From positions 1 through 64,000 of IMG/VR virus record IMGVR_UViG_3300034158_000023: 64,000 nucleotides of DNA; one strand, written 5' to 3'. The notes under the pieces were generated by a model, which had not been told where the DNA came from, did not search any database, and was given only the letters and a program-made list of their open reading frames with translations. The translations under genes and the position numbers were made by a program. Positions within the stretch are counted from its first letter, which is position 1; each line of letters begins with the position of its first letter. Of the stretch, positions 59,684 through 64,000 are shown in pieces.

Positions 59684-60442
59684 ATGTCTAAACAAACTAT
59701 CGCGTTTGGTTGTACTGCTTTAATGGGTACTAACAAAGGCGGGATCTTAAAGCCTGATGCTGATGGTTATTATACCGTTATCTTAGGCGCACTAGATTTT
59801 GAGAACTCTTATGGTGCCGTCTATCCTTTAGTCAGCGCTAAGGAAATCTTTAAAGAGTCTAGTGGCTTTATGCGTCGTTTGCGTAAAGGTTATTGTCGTG
59901 GTGAATACGGGCATCCTAAAAGACTGCCTGGACAAGATCACGATAGTTTCATTCGCCGCATTATGACGATTGAAGAAACTCGTATCTGTATGCATATTGC
60001 TGAGGCGTGGATCGATTATGATTCTGTGCAACATCAAGGCAAGAAGATAGTTACCATTTGGGGTAAGATTCGTCCAGAAGGCCCTTACGGTGCTTACCTG
60101 AAAGAGTCGTTAGATAATCCTAAGTGTAACGTAGCGTTCTCTCTGCGTAGTATCACTTTAGATGAATACATCAATGGTCGTTTACATAAGAACATCGATG
60201 ACATCGCTTGTTGGGATTTCGTGGTAGAACCTGGTCTAGCTGTAGCTAACAAGTACGCCAACCCTGCATTAGAAGAGTTCTCTACTGTTGCGGTACCTAT
60301 CAGCATGGTTAAACATTTAGTGGCGCAGGAAGATGGTCACTTCGGTTTAGAGTCTGCTGACATGTTACGAGAGTTAGTAACAAGGGTAGAAGCACAAAAT
60401 CCTAAGGCAGCTTATAAAGTTGCTCCTAGCGCAAACTGGTAA
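59684..60442 (+). CDS. prohead maturation protease (phiKZ gp175-like)
   Basis: GEYGHP (His), NVAFSLRS (Ser) and WDFVVEPG (Asp). Confidence 0.92.
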   Translation: MSKQTIAFGCTALMGTNKGGILKPDADGYYTVILGALDFENSYGAVYPLVSAKEIFKESSGFMRRLRKGYCRGEYGHPKRLPGQDHDSFIRRIMTIEETRICMHIAEAWIDYDSVQHQGKKIVTIWGKIRPEGPYGAYLKESLDNPKCNVAFSLRSITLDEYINGRLHKNIDDIACWDFVVEPGLAVANKYANPALEEFSTVAVPISMVKHLVAQEDGHFGLESADMLRELVTRVEAQNPKAAYKVAPSANW

Positions 60443-60445
60443 TCT

Positions 60446-60479
60446 TAGATGGATGGGGCAACCCATCCATCTATACCGT
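60446..60479 (+). terminator. hairpin followed by TATACCGT
   Basis: TAGATGGATGGG-GCAA-CCCATCCATCTA. Confidence 0.75.
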
Positions 60480-60510
60480 AATGTTATGGTCTCACCTAAA
60501 AGGAATCCCC

Positions 60511-61185
60511 ATGTCTAGAAAAATTATGTTAGTTACACCAGTTACGGTAACCAATGATCTACCTGTGTTATCTGCTGGTTCTGTACTAAAGAAACCAGAT
60601 GCTCCTATGTTTAATGAACCGTTAGACCATAACTACACTGGTGAAGAACTACTCGCAATAATGAAAAAGCATAACGTCGAGTTAGTAGGTGGAGTTAAGA
60701 TCCTTCCTGGAGTATTAAACAGTTTAAGCCCTGACTACGTGTTTGAGTTATATATGAACACACGTTACGGTTTGCCTACTTCTCCATCAGTAATGCCAGT
60801 GCGTGCTATGCAGGCATATTCCACATCGTATTTGGCACTGAAAGCTTACCCTGTAGTAAGTTTACTGTTTAGTAGTTTGTATCAAGAGAACATAGCTACG
60901 ATCAATCCACTAACTAAATATGAATCTGAGAACATGGTGCGTATCTTACGTCATGTTAACTACAGTTGGTTAGAGGCAGCTAAACGTTTTGAACTAGCCC
61001 CTCAGGACGCAGCTAAAGTGATTGTAAGTAAAGCATTAGAATCACAACGTCTAGGTACTCTAGTGGAAACTCATGACATCTATTACCTCAATGCCGATAA
61101 TGCTAACCCATTGCTCGTGAATGGCGTTACAGTCAACGATCTAGTTGACTACTATGAATCTACTGGCTTACAACCTACAGCTTAA
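60511..61185 (+). CDS. hypothetical protein
   Basis: Start reassigned to ATG 60511 behind TAAAAGGAATCCCC. Confidence 0.75.
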   Translation: MSRKIMLVTPVTVTNDLPVLSAGSVLKKPDAPMFNEPLDHNYTGEELLAIMKKHNVELVGGVKILPGVLNSLSPDYVFELYMNTRYGLPTSPSVMPVRAMQAYSTSYLALKAYPVVSLLFSSLYQENIATINPLTKYESENMVRILRHVNYSWLEAAKRFELAPQDAAKVIVSKALESQRLGTLVETHDIYYLNADNANPLLVNGVTVNDLVDYYESTGLQPTA

Positions 61186-61227
61186 CCAGCATACACAGGG
61201 AGCGTTTAAACGCTCCCTTTATGCCGT
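61186..61227 (+). terminator. hairpin flanked by CCAGCATA and TATGCCGT
   Basis: AGGGAGCGTT/AACGCTCCCT stem. Confidence 0.8.
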
Positions 61228-61246
61228 CTCCAAACTTAACTACGTA

Positions 61247-61254
61247 TATATTAC
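61247..61254 (+). promoter_or_regulatory. phiKZ-type early promoter TATATTAC
   Basis: GTATATATTACCCTT after a terminator and before AATAAAAGGA. Confidence 0.75.
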
Positions 61255-61287
61255 CCTTATGTCAATACACAATAAAAGGATTACATC

Positions 61288-61845
61288 GTGAATTCAGAAT
61301 TAGCTACTAAATTACACTTACTGCTGGAGTTGTATCAACCAGTTATTAAATATCGCTTTCACAGTGCCACCGCGCGGTCTTTAACTATCTTAGAAATTTG
61401 CACTATGTCTGATAACCACATGCTTACTGGTTTGCACCCAACTGGCTTGACTCAAGTGCAGTTACTCTTATTAACATTAGTGGATAACGGTAGCTTAGCC
61501 TTCACTAGTGGCGGCATGCAAGTTGTTGCCGACAAATGGTACCAATACGTTAAACGTGTTACCAACGACAATGATGAATACGTCAAGTTACGTAAAAACC
61601 TAGAGCGTCTGAGTAAAACGTTGGAAGAAGCTTCTCCTGATCGCAACGTTATGCACATGTACCAACAACTAGCGGGCAGAATCTTTTTACTTACATTAAA
61701 TTGGGAAGGATGTTGGTCGATATCTTATCACTACGTCGTTGCTACATTAGAAACATTTGAACAGTCTTACCCAAAAGATTTGTTCCAACATGTAGAAGAA
61801 CATCTAATGATCTTAGTAAATGGTTTATTAATCGAGGCGTTATAA
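61288..61845 (+). CDS. hypothetical early protein, paralogue of 62234..62770
   Basis: GTG start behind AATAAAAGGA; PTGL...LL.LVD.GSLAFT.GGMQ..AD.W. Confidence 0.8.
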   Translation: MNSELATKLHLLLELYQPVIKYRFHSATARSLTILEICTMSDNHMLTGLHPTGLTQVQLLLLTLVDNGSLAFTSGGMQVVADKWYQYVKRVTNDNDEYVKLRKNLERLSKTLEEASPDRNVMHMYQQLAGRIFLLTLNWEGCWSISYHYVVATLETFEQSYPKDLFQHVEEHLMILVNGLLIEAL

Positions 61846-61855
61846 CGAGGTATGT

Positions 61856-62218
61856 ATGGATCCACTGGACAGAGTGTTGATCATTGAGTGTCGCTACGGT
61901 GGCGGTTTTTATGCCAGCTACCTGAGAGACCACGAAAAAGACTTCTATTTAATCGATAGAGGGATTACTGGGGGTGATACTGACTGGGAACTTTTTAGTT
62001 GGTTAGCAGGCCTCGAATTTATACCCATCGCGTTTGGTGGTACTAGAGCCGAAGCTTTAACTAAGTTAGAACTTAAATGTGCAAACTTTACCTATGACAC
62101 ATATTCACAATTCCATTTCATTTTACAGAATTGGGATGTCTTCACTCGCAAAGTTCTACACAGAACACCTAGTGAAATCAGTGACTACCTAATCCAGTTC
62201 CGTCAAGAATTCATGTAA
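61856..62218 (+). CDS. hypothetical protein
   Basis: 120-aa ORF, GAGG RBS. Confidence 0.75.
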   Translation: MDPLDRVLIIECRYGGGFYASYLRDHEKDFYLIDRGITGGDTDWELFSWLAGLEFIPIAFGGTRAEALTKLELKCANFTYDTYSQFHFILQNWDVFTRKVLHRTPSEISDYLIQFRQEFM

Positions 62219-62233
62219 AAATAAGGAGGACTT

Positions 62234-62770
62234 ATGTCCCAATCGCTACAAGTAAAACTTAATGCTCTTTGTGCAATCCACGTGCACGTACAGCAGTTCC
62301 GAACTCAGCGTGGTATTCAACACGCGATGCAAGTGCTAAAGACCATAAGCTCTAGTTCCCCTAACCCAGTGGAAATCCCCCCTACAGGATTAGCACCCAA
62401 TGAGTTAGTGCTCTTAGCCTTGGTGGATGGCGGAAGTCTGGCATTTACTGTAGGTGGTATGCAAGCAATTGCTGATCATTGGTTTAACTTCGCGTCGCGT
62501 CTGGAATCCCCAGATAACGAATACACCCTACTCTGTGCTACTTTACTGCGTATCTCTGCTGAGTTAGAAGAGCAAGCCCCAGATAAAGATGTGATGCAAG
62601 TGTATCAAAAGTTGTCAGGTGATATGTTGCTAAGTGCACTGAACATGAGCGATTTATCTTTAGACTTCATTGATCAGTTATTAAATGCGTATCAACTGAC
62701 CTACCCAGATGAAACATATCCTAAAGCTCTAGAGCATCTAGACATTTTAGTAACGGCTTTGCTAAAGTAA
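62234..62770 (+). CDS. hypothetical protein, paralogue of 61288..61845
   Basis: Colinear similarity over the full length; AAGGAGG RBS. Confidence 0.8.
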   Translation: MSQSLQVKLNALCAIHVHVQQFRTQRGIQHAMQVLKTISSSSPNPVEIPPTGLAPNELVLLALVDGGSLAFTVGGMQAIADHWFNFASRLESPDNEYTLLCATLLRISAELEEQAPDKDVMQVYQKLSGDMLLSALNMSDLSLDFIDQLLNAYQLTYPDETYPKALEHLDILVTALLK

Positions 62771-62842
62771 CCGCGCTACAATTATACAACATTGCAAAAG
62801 TTTTATTAACTATCCCGCACGTAAAATAAAAGGAAGATTACC

Positions 62843-63763
62843 ATGATCGACATTATTAAGAACCGTACGTTAGATGCAAACTTTAAGAAACTGAAGTTGA
62901 TCACTAACGAAGAGTTAAAAGATTATCGCGTACAACTTAACGGTCCCTCTACATATATTCCGCATGTAGTAAATAAGAACACTGGTGAACCTGTCAGTGA
63001 CACGCATGTGGTTTTGTTAGATACTGTAACTAATGAACTCCGTGTGTTTGAGTGGACATCACCACCACCTGTTAACCCTGGCGTTGCACCAATGTACTAT
63101 GGCGTCGCGCCAATACTAATGGATTATTCTGGGCGTTATGTAGTTCCCCCAGTGGCAATGCATCCATCGTATATGCCTAATGGTCACAACTCGCCGCGCT
63201 ACACGCAAGACGTTATGCCAGATGATACGTATATAACCATGTTTCAACCACATGGTCCAGATACCATCGAACCGATGTTATCCATCGAAGGGCAGGTATT
63301 AAAAGACCAAACCAAGCTGAACACAGTCACGTTCAAACGCGTAACTTTACAAAACCAAATGGATGGCAAAGGGGTAACTTGGCGCTTACTTAACAACTAT
63401 TTATGTATTGTGCAAGAGTCTAGTGTGTGGTATCACTCCAATGCGGGGATGGCTCCATTAACTATTGATCAAGCAATTGAAATCGGTTTAAATCCGATTA
63501 TCGGTTTGTGTGATGCAAATGGGCTGCATGGGTTGGAAAGTAAATGGATAGCTCATGTTCCAACGTATAACCCCCTGATAGCATCGGAGAACGTGGTGAT
63601 TCCCTGTGATGGTAGCGGTGCCAACCAGTATCACTATCCTCAACCAGCACATGCGTTTCAAGAGGTTTTCCCGCAACATTTTCCGCACCCTAATCAAGTA
63701 GTGTTTGGAGAAGGTCAACCAGCAAGACCTATGCCTAAAGGGTACAGACGCGGTAATTACTAA
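62843..63763 (+). CDS. Pro-rich hypothetical protein
   Basis: 306-aa ORF with AATAAAAGGA leader. Confidence 0.8.
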   Translation: MIDIIKNRTLDANFKKLKLITNEELKDYRVQLNGPSTYIPHVVNKNTGEPVSDTHVVLLDTVTNELRVFEWTSPPPVNPGVAPMYYGVAPILMDYSGRYVVPPVAMHPSYMPNGHNSPRYTQDVMPDDTYITMFQPHGPDTIEPMLSIEGQVLKDQTKLNTVTFKRVTLQNQMDGKGVTWRLLNNYLCIVQESSVWYHSNAGMAPLTIDQAIEIGLNPIIGLCDANGLHGLESKWIAHVPTYNPLIASENVVIPCDGSGANQYHYPQPAHAFQEVFPQHFPHPNQVVFGEGQPARPMPKGYRRGNY

Positions 63764-63769
63764 GATGTT

Positions 63770-63807
63770 AAAATAAGGGGTGGGGAGTTACTCCCCCCTT
63801 ATTTTTT
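63770..63807 (+). terminator. intrinsic terminator
   Basis: AAAATAAGGGG(TG)GGGAG..CTCCCCCCTTATTTTTT. Confidence 0.75.
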
Positions 63808-63831
63808 GTATATTCAATTCATATGCAGGTA

Positions 63832-63839
63832 TATATTAC
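63832..63839 (+). promoter_or_regulatory. phiKZ-type early promoter TATATTAC
   Basis: GTATATATTACCCTT, same context as 61244-61258. Confidence 0.75.
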
Positions 63840-63877
63840 CCTTGTAGTGAAACCTAATAATAAAAGGATTGTAGTAG

Positions 63878-64000
63878 ATGTTAAAGCTAGTTAAATTAAA
63901 TGCTGATTATGGTACAACTTTAAACATGGCTAACAAAGGCGTAAGAAAAGTTGTAAGAATCCCACTGAAGTATTGGGAACTAAGAGCAGCACTATTTCCA
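63878..64000 (+). CDS. 5' end of a hypothetical protein (truncated by window end)
   Basis: ATG behind AATAAAAGGA; frame stays open to the window end. Confidence 0.7.
   Translation, partial: MLKLVKLNADYGTTLNMANKGVRKVVRIPLKYWELRAALFP

Noticed and set aside
1-64000. tRNA genes, CRISPR arrays and alternative genetic code
   Set aside because: No cloverleaf or regularly spaced direct repeats seen in the short intergenic gaps; core genes are full length under the standard code and end in all three stop codons

Overview
This window is 64 kb of an AT-rich phiKZ-like jumbo myophage genome (Chimalliviridae-type). Lipoprotein spanins imply a Gram-negative host. Recognisable core genes: dTMP kinase, SbcC/Rad50 ATPase, RNase HI, UvsX/RecA, three split virion RNA polymerase subunits (beta N-part, beta C-part, beta-prime with ADFDGD), prohead protease, tape measure protein with a lytic transglycosylase domain, baseplate/spike proteins, a tail fibre with an S74 chaperone followed by a 7-repeat adhesin, a GH108 endolysin, an embedded Rz/Rz1 pair and a second candidate spanin pair. 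Early accessory islands of paralogous hypothetical genes lie between the core blocks, with TATATTAC-type promoters and a conserved AATAAAAGGA leader. Best leads: (1) three consecutive genes ending in a SecA-type SEC-C zinc motif, two of them unannotated microproteins, the first also carrying an EF-Tu N-terminus-like segment; (2) intergenic hairpins flanked by a conserved TATGCCGT motif instead of, or as well as, a U-tract; (3) an ADP-ribosyltransferase-like gene in the head module that shares a C-terminal APSxxW tag with the prohead protease; (4) a modular tip adhesin with a separate two-repeat companion gene; (5) an in-frame internal gene-start leader at a domain boundary. phiKZ gp numbers are recalled from motif and synteny knowledge and were not verified by any search. 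I saw no tRNA, CRISPR array, intron or intein.
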